The notes under the pieces: generated by a model | The model's input: only the letters and a program-made list of their open reading frames with translations | What the model was told of the DNA's origin: nothing | The model's database searches: none | Program-made: the position numbers and the translations under genes | Shown here: piece after piece, positions 20,146-30,435 of the stretch | Layout: every line of letters begins with the position of its first letter | How positions within the stretch are numbered: the stretch's first letter is position 1 | DNA from: Abditibacteriaceae bacterium | GTDB taxonomy: Bacteria > Armatimonadota > Abditibacteriia > Abditibacteriales > Abditibacteriaceae | NCBI GenBank assembly: GCA_965277285.1 | Contig: OZ255721.1 | Location: 2,048,001 to 2,112,000 of the forward strand | Length of the DNA: 64,000 nucleotides | Direction: 5' to 3'

Positions 20146-20176
20146 CAAGCCGCCCGATTTGAGGTCGGGCGGCTTG
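20146..20176 (-). terminator. Rho-independent terminator of the DUF1559 gene
   Basis: CAAGCCGCCCGA...TCGGGCGGCTTG stem followed on the minus strand by GTTTGTTT. Confidence 0.7.
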
Positions 20177-20192
20177 ATTCGTATGCGGCGCG

Positions 20193-20951
20193 TTAGTCGG
20201 CGACGTGGAAAGTTGGATTGGTTCCCGAAGTTGCGAATGGCGTTGCAAAGCCGTAAATCGCTGTTGTGCGCAGCGCCTTTACATGACCATCGGCAAACAG
20301 GTAGTTGGCGGTTTCCAAGTGGCGATGAGCGACCGTTTGATTAAGAGCCACAGCACCGCAATTGGGCGTCGTTCCGTCGCCGATGAGACCAGTACAGCTA
20401 TAGCCATTGCTATAAGGCAGTCTGTTGTTGGCAGTCCAAGCACCAGCGTCACCAGCCAAAATCGTCAATGAGGGCGATGTTACTTGCGCCAAGGGCGATC
20501 CATAAGAAATCTGGGTCGTTTCATCGGTTCCAGCCAGTCCGCCGTTGCTTGAATAGTCGGTATAAAAGCCCGGCCCTACTGCAGGTGTGCCCCACCAGTT
20601 GTTAGCTCCGGGATCGTCGTTGGCGGCAAAAGTTGAGCTGGGGCAATGTAGAATCCCCGTGCTTTTCAAGTAAGGCTGAATCGCATCCGCCCAGCCAATC
20701 GATTTCGTCGTGCCGCCATACGAAGGATATTTTTCGTCGTATTCCTGTGTGTACTGCGTAAAAGCAAGACCGATTTGCTTCAGGTTGCTGCCGCAACTGG
20801 CACGACGTGCGCTTTCACGAGCTTTGGCGAAAGCCGGAAAAAGAATCGCGGCCAAAATTGCAATAATGGCGATAACGACGAGCAGTTCGATCAGCGTGAA
20901 GCCGCGACGCGCGGTTTGGTTCGACATGCAACGATTCGATGTGAGTCTCAT
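20193..20951 (-). CDS. DUF1559 / prepilin-type N-terminal cleavage protein with H-X9-DG motif
   Basis: [61 protein letters not shown]. Confidence 0.93.
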   Translation of the reverse strand: MRLTSNRCMSNQTARRGFTLIELLVVIAIIAILAAILFPAFAKARESARRASCGSNLKQIGLAFTQYTQEYDEKYPSYGGTTKSIGWADAIQPYLKSTGILHCPSSTFAANDDPGANNWWGTPAVGPGFYTDYSSNGGLAGTDETTQISYGSPLAQVTSPSLTILAGDAGAWTANNRLPYSNGYSCTGLIGDGTTPNCGAVALNQTVAHRHLETANYLFADGHVKALRTTAIYGFATPFATSGTNPTFHVAD

Positions 20952-21032
20952 TTCAATTCTCCTGTAGTTCGCTGTGCGCGCCATTTCGCTGGCACGCGGC
21001 TGAAACTTTGTTCATTTGTTCAACTGAAGCAC

Positions 21033-22031
21033 TCAAGCTGTATCGCCTGGCCACAATGTGACCGGCAGACAAGTTTCGGAGGCGGCTTCCTCGCCATCCA
21101 TGTGACGAAGCAAAATCTCCATCGCGGTGGTGGCCATTTGTTCCCAGGGGCAACTTATCGTTACCAATTGGCGCGCTGGCAGCTTGGTGTCGATAAAACC
21201 ATCAAACCCCGTAATCGCCAACTCCTGCGGAACACGCACGCCGCTTTCCTGGCAGCGTCTCAACAAGTTGTAAGCGGCGCGATCATTCCAGCAAAACACC
21301 GCCAAAGGTTGCCCGGGATGCTCTTTGCCGCTTTGCAGCAGCACCGGCAACACTGGCTCGACTTCTTCCGAATGAATGCGATAAATGCGCGCGTCCGGGG
21401 CAGCAACGCCGCGCTCGCACAACAAATTTTGGAAAGCGTGGCAACGACGTTCCACCGAGGTCAGGTGCTGGTGCGGTGCGAGAAATGCGAAACGACGATA
21501 ACCGCGCCCCCACGAGTACTCGATCAATTGTCGTATGCCGTCGGTATTGTCGAACGTCACCGAAGGAATGTCTGGCAATGTATCCGCGAGCGCCATCACA
21601 TGAAGCGAAGACGACGCCAATTTTTTCACCAGCGGGTCATCAGGTAGAGAGTGCAAAAACAATCCATCGATGCGACGATCCCGCAATCTATTGAAGATTT
21701 CCTCCTTGGAACGATCACGAAACGCGGCGAACATCAATAAATCCAGATGATGCACGTTGCAGGCTCGCTGCAATCCGGCGATGAGAGCCGACAAAAAATC
21801 GTTGCGCGCATCGTAATCGTGAACCGTATACAAACCAATGCTGTGCGTGCGCCCATGACGCAAGGAACGCGCTACTGCATTCGGCTGATAACCCAATCGC
21901 TGTGCTGCTTCAAGAACCCGCGCCTTCGTGTCCGCCGACACACGATGTCCCTGCGCATCGCTCAAAATACGCGACACTGTGGGCTGCGATAAGCCCAGTT
22001 CGCGGGCGATGTCCTTTGCCGTTACAGACAT
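21033..22031 (-). CDS. LacI-family transcriptional regulator
   Basis: VTAKDIARELGLSQPTVSRIL HTH, YQPNAVARSL hinge, ITGFDG. Confidence 0.95.
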   Translation of the reverse strand: MSVTAKDIARELGLSQPTVSRILSDAQGHRVSADTKARVLEAAQRLGYQPNAVARSLRHGRTHSIGLYTVHDYDARNDFLSALIAGLQRACNVHHLDLLMFAAFRDRSKEEIFNRLRDRRIDGLFLHSLPDDPLVKKLASSSLHVMALADTLPDIPSVTFDNTDGIRQLIEYSWGRGYRRFAFLAPHQHLTSVERRCHAFQNLLCERGVAAPDARIYRIHSEEVEPVLPVLLQSGKEHPGQPLAVFCWNDRAAYNLLRRCQESGVRVPQELAITGFDGFIDTKLPARQLVTISCPWEQMATTAMEILLRHMDGEEAASETCLPVTLWPGDTA

Positions 22032-22040
22032 AACTCATTC

Positions 22041-22060
22041 TTGCGCATCCGTATGCGCAA
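22041..22060. promoter_or_regulatory. Candidate LacI-family operator
   Basis: TTGCGCATCCGTATGCGCAA, a near-perfect 20-bp palindrome with central CG, 10 bp upstream of the LacI start. Confidence 0.6.
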
Positions 22061-22431
22061 ACTTTTACCAAAAGTAACCTGTGTGTATTAATGCTTACCG
22101 GTATTATACCCATCTCGTTAATTTTTCAAACATTTTTCCAGATAAATTTGAAACTTTTTTTGAGGCTATTCATAGGTCGCGTTCGCCGCGCAAAAAGTCC
22201 GTTGTGCATCAAGCTCAATCGGCAGATTGCGAGCGGCGTTTTGGAATACCAGCGATAGTTCGTTTGAATCATTGCGCAATTTTTCGCTGGGTTTGTAGAG
22301 AATGCGAATCGAGTACTCGATAGCAGGCAATAAGCGAAGACAGCGATGCGAACAAGAACAAACACAACTTTTCGGCTTCGGTTCGCAAGTTGCCCATAAG
22401 ACGCGCGCCCACAAAAAGATCAAATGGAGCG

Positions 22432-23403
22432 ATGATGCAAAGCATAGAAAAACGACTTTTGGGACAATCGGGATTGGAAGTCACGGTTGTGACGTTTGGC
22501 GGCTGGCAAGCTGGAAAATCCGGCTGGACCGATGTCGATGATGGCGAAAGCATCAAGGCCATGCGCGCCGCTTATAACGCTGGCATCAATTTTTTCGATA
22601 CCGCCGAAGGCTACGGCGACGGACACGGCGAATCAGTCATGGGCGAAGCGTTACAATCTGTGCGCGACCAGATTTTCATCGCCACCAAAGTCAGCGGTCA
22701 CAAAACCGATGAAGTCACCGAGGCGTGCGAGAAAAGCCTGAAACGTTTAAAAACTGATCACATCGACTTGTATCAGATTCACTGGCCTGCGGGTTCGTGG
22801 GGCGGCGACATCGTGCCGGTCGAAGAAACCATGAGCGCCATGGTCAAATTGAAAGAAGCGGGCAAAATTCGCGCGATTGGCGTTTCCAATTTTTCGAGCG
22901 CGCAAATCGAGGAAGCGCTGCAGTTTGGTCGCATTGATTCGCTGCAGCCGCCCTACTCGCTTTTCTGGCGCGAGTACGAAACCAACGGCACACTGCAAAC
23001 CTGCGCGAAGCACAACATCGGCGTTATCGCGTATTCACCGCTCGCGCAAGGCTTGTTGACCGGCAAGTTTTCGCTGGACAATCGTCCTCAGGAAGGCGAC
23101 AATCGCAACGGCAACACGCTGTTCAAAGGCGAACACTATGAAAGTGCGCTGGCCGCTGTCGAACAATTGAAGCCGATTGCGCAGAAATATGGCGTCACGA
23201 CTGGCCAACTGGGACTACAATGGTTGCTGGGTCAACCGGCCATGACAAGCGTAATTGTTGGCGCGCGCAACGTCGAGCAAGTGCAGGGCAACGCCGCCTG
23301 CGCCGGTTTCAAAATTAGCGAAGAAGATCGCGCCGCCATTGATGCCATCGGTCGCACCGTAACCGACAAACTGCCCGAAGGCAAGACAAATATGTGGGCT
23401 TGA
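22432..23403 (+). CDS. Aldo/keto reductase
   Basis: FFDTAEGYG, IATK, DLYQIHWP, IGVSNF, AYSPLAQG. Confidence 0.95.
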   Translation: MMQSIEKRLLGQSGLEVTVVTFGGWQAGKSGWTDVDDGESIKAMRAAYNAGINFFDTAEGYGDGHGESVMGEALQSVRDQIFIATKVSGHKTDEVTEACEKSLKRLKTDHIDLYQIHWPAGSWGGDIVPVEETMSAMVKLKEAGKIRAIGVSNFSSAQIEEALQFGRIDSLQPPYSLFWREYETNGTLQTCAKHNIGVIAYSPLAQGLLTGKFSLDNRPQEGDNRNGNTLFKGEHYESALAAVEQLKPIAQKYGVTTGQLGLQWLLGQPAMTSVIVGARNVEQVQGNAACAGFKISEEDRAAIDAIGRTVTDKLPEGKTNMWA

Positions 23404-23421
23404 ACAAAAGCTTGCCTGAAT

Positions 23422-23449
23422 GTAGGGGCGAGGCATGCCTCGCCCCTAC
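23422..23449. repeat. GTAG-type REP, 28-bp perfect palindrome
   Basis: GTAGGGGCGAGGCATGCCTCGCCCCTAC. Confidence 0.85.
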
Positions 23450-23517
23450 GGATTCCAGTTTCCTCCGGTGCAAGTCGTCAGGTGTCAGGCGCCATCGAGT
23501 ACTCGATGTTTGGTAAC

Positions 23518-23696
23518 CAGTGGTGCGGATTGCAATTGCCCTGCGAGTAAACTCGCGGTTCGGCCTCCTACGGAGGACAAAGTCGACCTGCGCCGACTAC
23601 AAATTGGAACTGTTTAGTCGGCGAAGGCCGACTTTGTCCCGTGAAACGGGCCCAGCCGCGAGTTCACTCGCAGGGCAATTGCAATCCGCACCACTG
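23518..23696. mobile_element. 179-bp MITE/REPIN-like fold-back element
   Basis: About 41-bp terminal IR CAGTGGTGCGGATTGCAATTGCCCTGCGAGT(A/G)AACTCGCGG, plus inner IR GGACAAAGTCG...CGACTA / TAGTCG...CGACTTTGTCC. Confidence 0.75.
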
Positions 23697-23717
23697 ATTA
23701 GGTAAAAAGGAGCAGGA

Positions 23718-24791
23718 ATGAGCGAAACAATGCAAGCCGCCGTGTTGCATGGCGTGCATGATTTGCGAGTGGAAGACGTGCCGCGTCCAGGCGCGCCAAC
23801 GGCCAACGAGGCGCGCATTCAGATCAATGCGGTCGGCGTCTGCGGCTCCGATGTTCATTATTGGGAACACGGTCGCATCGGCGATTTTGTGGTGCGCGCG
23901 CCGATGATCTTAGGTCACGAATGCGCGGGAACTGTCGTCGAAGTCGGGAAAAACGTTTCGCATTTGAAGGCTGGCGACCGCGTCGCTTTGGAACCTGGCG
24001 TGCCACGCCTGTCGAACGCGACTTCGCATTATTATATGAAGCGCGGGCAATACAATTTGTGCCCCGACATCTTCTTTTTCGCCACGCCGCCCGATCATGG
24101 CGCGTTTTGCGATTACGTCAATCATCCCGCCGATTTTTGTTTCAAATTGCCCGACAACGTGTCATTGGAAGAAGGCGCCATGATCGAACCGCTTTCGACT
24201 GGCATTTACGCCGCGCGTGTTGCACCGATTCAAATGGGCGATGTGGTGGCGATCACCGGCGCCGGGCCGATTGGATTGATGAACTTGCTGGCCGCCAAAG
24301 CTGCGGGAGCCGCGCACGTCCTGATTTCCGATTTCGTGGACGAACGCTTGCAAACCGCGCGCGAAATCGGCGCTACCAAAACTATCAAGGGCGATGCGGA
24401 AGAATTGAAGCAAGCGGCGCGCGATTTAACAAACGGGCGCGGCGCCGATGTCTGCATTGAAGCCGCCGGTCATCCTGCCGCGATTGCCGCTTGCATCGGA
24501 GCCGTGCGCGCTGGAGGAACCGTTGTTTTGATTGGAATGCCGCCGCAAGATACGGCGGAGATCAACATCAACGACTTGATTGCGCGCGAAATCACCCTGC
24601 GCCCGATTTTTCGCTATAACAACACTTTTCCAACGGGCGTCAATTTATTGGCCAGTGGCAAAGTCGATGTGAAGCCGCTGATTTCTAAACGCTTTTCCCT
24701 GTCGCAAACGCCCGAAGCTTTCGAGTTCGTGGCCGCTAATCGCAATACTTGCATCAAAGCCGTTGTTGAAATCGCTTCTCAGAGTATGTAG
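23718..24791 (+). CDS. Zn-dependent polyol (sorbitol/xylitol-like) dehydrogenase
   Basis: GVCGSDVHYW, LGHECAG, GAGPIG, IFRY.NTFP; AAGGAG RBS. Confidence 0.92.
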   Translation: MSETMQAAVLHGVHDLRVEDVPRPGAPTANEARIQINAVGVCGSDVHYWEHGRIGDFVVRAPMILGHECAGTVVEVGKNVSHLKAGDRVALEPGVPRLSNATSHYYMKRGQYNLCPDIFFFATPPDHGAFCDYVNHPADFCFKLPDNVSLEEGAMIEPLSTGIYAARVAPIQMGDVVAITGAGPIGLMNLLAAKAAGAAHVLISDFVDERLQTAREIGATKTIKGDAEELKQAARDLTNGRGADVCIEAAGHPAAIAACIGAVRAGGTVVLIGMPPQDTAEININDLIAREITLRPIFRYNNTFPTGVNLLASGKVDVKPLISKRFSLSQTPEAFEFVAANRNTCIKAVVEIASQSM

Positions 24792-24835
24792 AGAAAGTAG
24801 GAAAAAGCGATCAAACTCGCAGTTTGTCATTCTGA

Positions 24836-24996
24836 AAGGGTGTATAGGAAAGCCGAAAAGCAACAGGAAACGCTCGAAAGTAAGAGTTTGTCATTCTGAG
24901 CGTAGCGAAGAATCTAACTGCAGTTAGATTCTTCGCTACGCTCAGAATGACAAACTCTTACTTTTATGGCGTTCTGCTCACTTCCTATACAACCTC
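24836..24996. mobile_element. 161-bp MITE with IS1031-like ends and TGA target duplication
   Basis: TGA|AAGGGTGTATAGGAAAG ... CTTCCTATACAACCTC|TGA. The left end matches the IS end at 226-242 in 16 of 17 positions. Confidence 0.8.
24877..24964. repeat. 88-bp perfect palindrome (GTCATTCTGAGCGTAGCGAAGAATCT REP doublet)
   Basis: Two 44-bp arms checked base by base, no loop, centre CTG|CAG. Confidence 0.95.
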
Positions 24997-25112
24997 TGAA
25001 AATGACAAACTGCGAGTTTGACCGCTTTTTCACGCATTATGAACTTTAGAAAAGTTACTGCAGACAAGGTAGGCAGCAGTTGCACGGTTGAAAAACTAAA
25101 GAGCAGATCATC

Positions 25113-26063
25113 TCAAGACTTGTGATGATGCTCCAGGTACCATTCATAAGTTTTCTGTACGCCATCACGCAAAGCAATGCGCGAGTGCCAACCGGCATCG
25201 GCTAAAAGCGATACATCCATCAGCTTGCGTGGCGTGCCATCGGGCTTTGAAGCGTCAAAAACCAAGTCGCCTTCGTATCCAACGACTTCTTTAAGCAGCA
25301 GCGCCAGGTCACGAATCGAAATATCCTGGCCGGTTCCTACGTTAATCGGGCCTGCAGCCGACCAGTGTTTCATCAGGAAAACACAAGCGTCCGCCAGGTC
25401 GTCGACATACAAGAATTCGCGCAGCGGCTTGCCACTACCCCAAATTTCGACCGTTGCCGAGCCAGCTTGCTTTGCATCATCCATCTTGCGCATCAAAGCC
25501 GGTAACACATGGCTGCTTTTAAGATCGAAATTATCGCCTGGCCCATACATATTTGTCGGCATGGCACTGATGAAATCACAGCCATATTGGGATCGATAAT
25601 GGTCGCACATCTCGATAGCCGCGATTTTGGCCACGGCGTAGGCGCGGTTTGTTTCTTCCAACGGCCCCGTCATCAAGTATTCTTCTTTCAACGGTTGCGG
25701 CGCCAAACGTGGGTAAATGCAACTGCTGCCCAGGTTCAACAGCTTTCGCGTGTCGTGCTGATAAGCGGCGTGGATGACATTGGTCGCAATGGTCAGGTTA
25801 TCGTAAAGAAAATTGGCCGGATACGTCGAGTTCGCCAGAATGCCGCCGACTTTCGCTGCGGCGAGAAAGACATACGCTGGACGTTCTTGCGCAAAAAATT
25901 TCTGCACTGCAGCCTGGTCGCGCAAATCTAACTCGGCGCTGCGCCTTGTGAGAAGGTTGGTATAACCAGAATCTTGCAAATGCCGCAGCAGGGCGCTACC
26001 AACCAAACCATGGTGTCCTGCCACATAAATCTTGGCTTCCAAAGGCAAGAAAGTATCCTTCAT
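25113..26063 (-). CDS. fcl: GDP-L-fucose synthase
   Basis: [47 protein letters not shown]. Confidence 0.96.
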   Translation of the reverse strand: MKDTFLPLEAKIYVAGHHGLVGSALLRHLQDSGYTNLLTRRSAELDLRDQAAVQKFFAQERPAYVFLAAAKVGGILANSTYPANFLYDNLTIATNVIHAAYQHDTRKLLNLGSSCIYPRLAPQPLKEEYLMTGPLEETNRAYAVAKIAAIEMCDHYRSQYGCDFISAMPTNMYGPGDNFDLKSSHVLPALMRKMDDAKQAGSATVEIWGSGKPLREFLYVDDLADACVFLMKHWSAAGPINVGTGQDISIRDLALLLKEVVGYEGDLVFDASKPDGTPRKLMDVSLLADAGWHSRIALRDGVQKTYEWYLEHHHKS

Positions 26064-27106
26064 TGATTCCTTACTCCTTGCAACACCTTTTTATGTCCGG
26101 CGTCCAGCAAAATTTTCTCGTGACCTGCTAATTCCAGATCGGAATCCACCATTTCCTGCACCAGTTGATCAAAGCTCGTCTTTGGCGTCCAATCGAGTAC
26201 TCGATTGGTTTCGGAAGGGTCACCCAAAAGATAATCGACTTCGGCAGGACGAAAAAAGCGCGGATCGACTTCGACATAATCCTCATAGTTCAAATCGACC
26301 AGGCCAAAGGCGCGCTCGCAAAAGTCGCGCACCGAATAAGCTTCACCGCTTGCAATCACATAATCGCGCGGCGCGTCCTGCTGCAACATCAGCCACATCG
26401 CTTCGACGTAATCGCGCGCATGTCCCCAATCGCGCTTGGCGTCCAAATTCCCCAGATACAATTTTTCTTGCAACCCAAGCTTGATGCGCCCGACGGCGCG
26501 CGTAATTTTGCGCGTCACAAAGGTTTCACCACGGCGCGGCGATTCGTGATTGAACAAGATGCCGTTGCAGGCGAACATATCATAACTTTCGCGGTGGTTA
26601 ACGGTTTGCCAGAAGCCGTAAACTTTCGCCACTCCGTACGGGCTGCGCGGATGAAACGGCGTCGTCAGGCCTTGCGGTGGCGCGGCTCCGCCAAACATTT
26701 CGCTGCTGCTCGCCTGATAAAAGCGCACCGCCTTGTTTTCGTGTCCATTATAATCGCGGATCGCTTCGAGCAAGCGCAAAACGCCCAATCCCGTTACATC
26801 GGCAGTATATTCCGCCTGGTCGAAAGACACTTTGACGTGACTTTGCGCGCCCAGATTATAAACCTCGTCGGGTTGCACTTCTTCGAGTACTCGACGCAGG
26901 CCGGTCGCATCGCTCAAATCGCCAAAGTGCAGCTTGAAACGATGCGGATGAACCGCGGGATCGTTATACAAATGGTCGATGCGTTCGGTGCCAAAGGTCG
27001 AAGCACGGCGCACAATGCCATGCACTTCATAGCCTTTTTCCAAGAGCAACTCAGCCAGGTAGCTGCCGTCCTGTCCGGTGATACCTGTCATTAACGCTTT
27101 TTTCAC
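26060..27106 (-). CDS. gmd: GDP-mannose 4,6-dehydratase (copy 1)
   Basis: [51 protein letters not shown]. Confidence 0.96.
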   Translation of the reverse strand: MKKALMTGITGQDGSYLAELLLEKGYEVHGIVRRASTFGTERIDHLYNDPAVHPHRFKLHFGDLSDATGLRRVLEEVQPDEVYNLGAQSHVKVSFDQAEYTADVTGLGVLRLLEAIRDYNGHENKAVRFYQASSSEMFGGAAPPQGLTTPFHPRSPYGVAKVYGFWQTVNHRESYDMFACNGILFNHESPRRGETFVTRKITRAVGRIKLGLQEKLYLGNLDAKRDWGHARDYVEAMWLMLQQDAPRDYVIASGEAYSVRDFCERAFGLVDLNYEDYVEVDPRFFRPAEVDYLLGDPSETNRVLDWTPKTSFDQLVQEMVDSDLELAGHEKILLDAGHKKVLQGVRNQ

Positions 27107-27109
27107 TTT

Positions 27110-28105
27110 TCACTCCGCAATGTAACGAATTTTTGTTGTCTCGCCGGCCACGCGTTTCATATCGGCTTCGACTAAAAACTGAACCAACTCTTCAAAAGTC
27201 ATGTGGGCCGACCAACCCAATTGACGGCGTGCTTTGGAAGGATCGCCAATCACGGTATTGACTTCCGCCGGTCGAAAAAACGCCGGATCAATACGAACAT
27301 AATCTTGATATTCAAGACCGACCGCTGCAAAAGCCAGGCGGACGAATTCGCGTAGGGAACGCGTTTGTCCCGTGGCGATGATGTAATCGTCGGGCGTTTT
27401 CTGCTGCAACATCAACCACATCGCTTTCACATAGTCGCCAGCAAAGCCCCAGTCGCGTTCAACATCGAGGTTGCCCAGCGATAAAGAATCTTGTAACCCT
27501 TGCTTTATGCGCGCTACGCCCATCGTCACTTTGCGCGTCACAAACTGCTCGGGACGCAAGGGCGATTCGTGATTGAACAAAATGCCGCAACTTACATGAC
27601 ATCCGTAGGCTTCGCGGTAGTTGACGGCCATGCAGTGCGCATAAACTTTGGCGGCGCCATAAGGACTACGCGGATAAAAGGGTGTTGTTTCGGTTTGAGG
27701 CGTTTCCTTCACTTTGCCATACATCTCGGAAGAAGACGCCTGGTAAAAACGCGCGTCCGGCTTGACAAAGCGCAAAGCCTGCAGCAGGCGCGCCGTGCCC
27801 AAGCCCGTGACATCACCGGTTAGCGTGGGTTCATGAAACGATTGAGCGACAGAACTCTGGGCCGCCAGGTGATAAATTTCATCCGGCATGACGGCGGTCA
27901 GAGCAGTCGAAAGCGAAGCGGTGTTGGCCAGATCAACAGGAAACAAACGTACATCTTGTGCGATGCCCAGCGCCTTGAGAGTACTCGAAGTCGAAACACC
28001 TTCGGCGCGCACCGTGCCAGCCACTTGATACCCTTTGCGCAAGAGGAAGTGCGCCAAATAAGCGCCATCTTGTCCAGTAATTCCGGTGATTAAAGCAATC
28101 GGCAT
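27110..28105 (-). CDS. gmd: GDP-mannose 4,6-dehydratase (copy 2, AQSSV type)
   Basis: [42 protein letters not shown]. Confidence 0.9.
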   Translation of the reverse strand: MPIALITGITGQDGAYLAHFLLRKGYQVAGTVRAEGVSTSSTLKALGIAQDVRLFPVDLANTASLSTALTAVMPDEIYHLAAQSSVAQSFHEPTLTGDVTGLGTARLLQALRFVKPDARFYQASSSEMYGKVKETPQTETTPFYPRSPYGAAKVYAHCMAVNYREAYGCHVSCGILFNHESPLRPEQFVTRKVTMGVARIKQGLQDSLSLGNLDVERDWGFAGDYVKAMWLMLQQKTPDDYIIATGQTRSLREFVRLAFAAVGLEYQDYVRIDPAFFRPAEVNTVIGDPSKARRQLGWSAHMTFEELVQFLVEADMKRVAGETTKIRYIAE

Positions 28106-28235
28106 TCGTTTCTTCTTTTACACCTGTATCGCTTTCTGCCATTTGCACAAACGAGTTTGGATTTGATTCATACGTTTTCAAGCGATAAGAGACTGATCGT
28201 TTTGAAACACTAAGAGACTTTCGTGTGCGAATCTT

Positions 28236-29546
28236 CTATTTTCTTGCAGTCTCACATTCGGCGCTCTGCTTGGCCTGGACACGCAATTCGCGCTTCGTCA
28301 ACTTCGTTACCAAAGGCTGGGCCACTTCTTGAAACAAGTTATAAAATTGATCGGCGATGTTTTCCACAGTGTATCGTTCTTCACAAGCATGACGCGCGTT
28401 ACGCCCCAATTCATTGGTGTATTTAGGTGAAGCGGCTAAATCTCTAATGGCTTGAGCCAATTGCGCCGGTTCTTCCGGATCGACGCGCACACCACAACGG
28501 GTTTCACTGACCACGCGCCCGACTTCGCAATGCGAATCGACGACCGCAATCGTTGGGCGTCCCGAAGCCATAATATTATAAAACTTGCTCGGCACCGCCA
28601 AGCCTTCAGCCCCTTTTTCCAAAGTGACCAGCGAAGCATCAGCCGAGGCCAACAAATCGCACAATTGAGCTTCGGGTACAAAGGGCAACAAGCGCACATT
28701 GCTCAATCCATCTTGCGCAATACGTTCGGCAATATACTCTTTTCTGCTTCCATCGCCCACAAAAACAAACGTGATGTCTTTGTCATCAACCAGTCGCTGA
28801 GCCGCATCAAGCAAGGTTTTGAAATCTTGATATTGCGCGAAGTTCCCCGCATACAGCACGACAAAACCACTCAAATTATTATTGGCACGAAACTGTGTTT
28901 GTTTATCGCGGGGAGTAATGGCTTCGCTGTCCGTTGGAATCGGGATGACGCACATTTTCTCCAAGGGCAAGGCATAGGTGCGCGCGACATGAGCTTGCAT
29001 ACAACGTCCCAGCACAATTGTTCGAGCCGCCTTATGAAACCACTGCGTTTGCACACCACGAAAAACCTTGACTGTTTTTGAATCGGCGGCCACCATTTTC
29101 ATCGCAATAGCCAGGTCAAGATAAAGGTCGTAGATGAGATAGATATAAGGCTTGCCGGTGAGAAAACTCCAAACCCTGGCCGCTCCCGATAAGGTGGAGG
29201 GCGCTGTGGTGACCAGCACCAGGTCATAACGAAACGGTGATTTTAGCAATTTAAGACCAATGGCCGCCGTAAATAATAAATTGGTCACCAGGCGCCGCTT
29301 CATCGACTTCTTTCGCGGTTGTGGAGTACTCAGCCGCACAATATTGACGCCATCCCAATTTTCATGGGCCGCGAGCCGCCCTACCTTTCCACGAAACAAG
29401 TTTTTGCTGGTGATGACATCGATTTCTAAATCGTCGTGCGCGTCTTTCAACTGACGAACCAGCTTCGACAGCACCGTGCCAGAGCCACCCGTGCTATCGG
29501 GATAAAAGTATTCACTAATGATTGCTATGCGCATTCTATCCACCAA
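28236..29546 (-). CDS. GT4 glycosyltransferase (WcaI/WbuB-like)
   Basis: ISEYFYPD, IYDLY.D, LYAGNF, VPSKFYNIMASG. Confidence 0.88.
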   Translation of the reverse strand: MVDRMRIAIISEYFYPDSTGGSGTVLSKLVRQLKDAHDDLEIDVITSKNLFRGKVGRLAAHENWDGVNIVRLSTPQPRKKSMKRRLVTNLLFTAAIGLKLLKSPFRYDLVLVTTAPSTLSGAARVWSFLTGKPYIYLIYDLYLDLAIAMKMVAADSKTVKVFRGVQTQWFHKAARTIVLGRCMQAHVARTYALPLEKMCVIPIPTDSEAITPRDKQTQFRANNNLSGFVVLYAGNFAQYQDFKTLLDAAQRLVDDKDITFVFVGDGSRKEYIAERIAQDGLSNVRLLPFVPEAQLCDLLASADASLVTLEKGAEGLAVPSKFYNIMASGRPTIAVVDSHCEVGRVVSETRCGVRVDPEEPAQLAQAIRDLAASPKYTNELGRNARHACEERYTVENIADQFYNLFQEVAQPLVTKLTKRELRVQAKQSAECETARK

Positions 29547-29829
29547 ACCTCACGTAATACAAAGAAACCACGATGGACTATTCCATGATCGCTATAGTCA
29601 TAACCACATATTCAATTTCGCTCTCCTATTATAAATGATTTCAGGCAGTTGTATAAAATAGCGCTTGATCATTGAACGATAATTGCCAATTGGCTCATAT
29701 AAACTGCTATTTATTAACGAAGACAAAGGGATCGGCGATATATTTCTCCAGCAGGCTTATAATATAAATGATGTACGTTTCGAGGTTATTTCAAAGGTTT
29801 GTCAATTTAAGTTCTTATCCCAATTGAAG

Positions 29830-30414
29830 TCAACGGGCATTTATCACTCGTTTTTTAACAGCTACAGCAGGATTACCATTGTAGATATTGAAGGCTTCAG
29901 TGTTCTTTGAAACAACAGCGCCACCAGTCACAATAGAATGCGTCGCAATAGTGACACCAGGTAAAACAATCGCTCGCGCACCAACCCAGGCGCCGTCTTC
30001 AACAATAATAGGTTGCAACTTATAGCCAAAAGACGGATCACTCCAATCGTGATTGCCAGTGCATAAATAAGCGCCTTGCGAAACACAAGCGTGTGCGCCA
30101 ATTGTAATGGAAACGAGGCAATCGAGCCAGACTTGTTCGCCAATCCAGGAATGTTCGCCGATGACGAGCCGCCACGGATATTTCACGTTGATGCCCGGTT
30201 TAAGGACAACGCCGCCGCCGATTTTGGCACCAAACAATCGCAGTAAAGCAATTTTAATTTTTGACGATGGATTCAGCGGATTTTGCAAAAAAACTGCATT
30301 GAAAATAAACCACAGCGAGCGCACCGCGAAGCCGCGTCCAGGGTGATAATCACCGACATTAAAGCGCGATAAATCAACTGTGTTCATGTGTGTTGGCTTG
30401 ATGTTGTCCTTCAT
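29830..30414 (-). CDS. wcaF: WcaF-like hexapeptide acetyltransferase
   Basis: LLRLFGAKIG, VKYPWRL, SQGAYLCTGNHD, GNPA. Confidence 0.88.
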   Translation of the reverse strand: MKDNIKPTHMNTVDLSRFNVGDYHPGRGFAVRSLWFIFNAVFLQNPLNPSSKIKIALLRLFGAKIGGGVVLKPGINVKYPWRLVIGEHSWIGEQVWLDCLVSITIGAHACVSQGAYLCTGNHDWSDPSFGYKLQPIIVEDGAWVGARAIVLPGVTIATHSIVTGGAVVSKNTEAFNIYNGNPAVAVKKRVINAR

Positions 30415-30435
30415 GGCTTCCAGTTTTGAATGACA

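Larger units (their letters stand above)
24801..25031. repeat. Outer fold-back repeat (REP hairpin) interrupted by a MITE
   Basis: GAAAAAGCGATCAAACTCGCAGTTTGTCATT ... AATGACAAACTGCGAGTTTGACCGCTTTTTC, between convergent genes. Confidence 0.85.

Noticed and set aside
23990..24065. Missing structural-zinc cysteines in the polyol dehydrogenase
   Set aside because: Loss of the structural Zn site is known among sorbitol/xylitol dehydrogenases; the catalytic ligands are intact.
29547..29829. AT-rich gap within the polysaccharide cluster with a 75-aa + strand ORF
   Set aside because: The ORF overlaps wcaF antisense and has no motifs; probably an internal promoter region, which I cannot support further.
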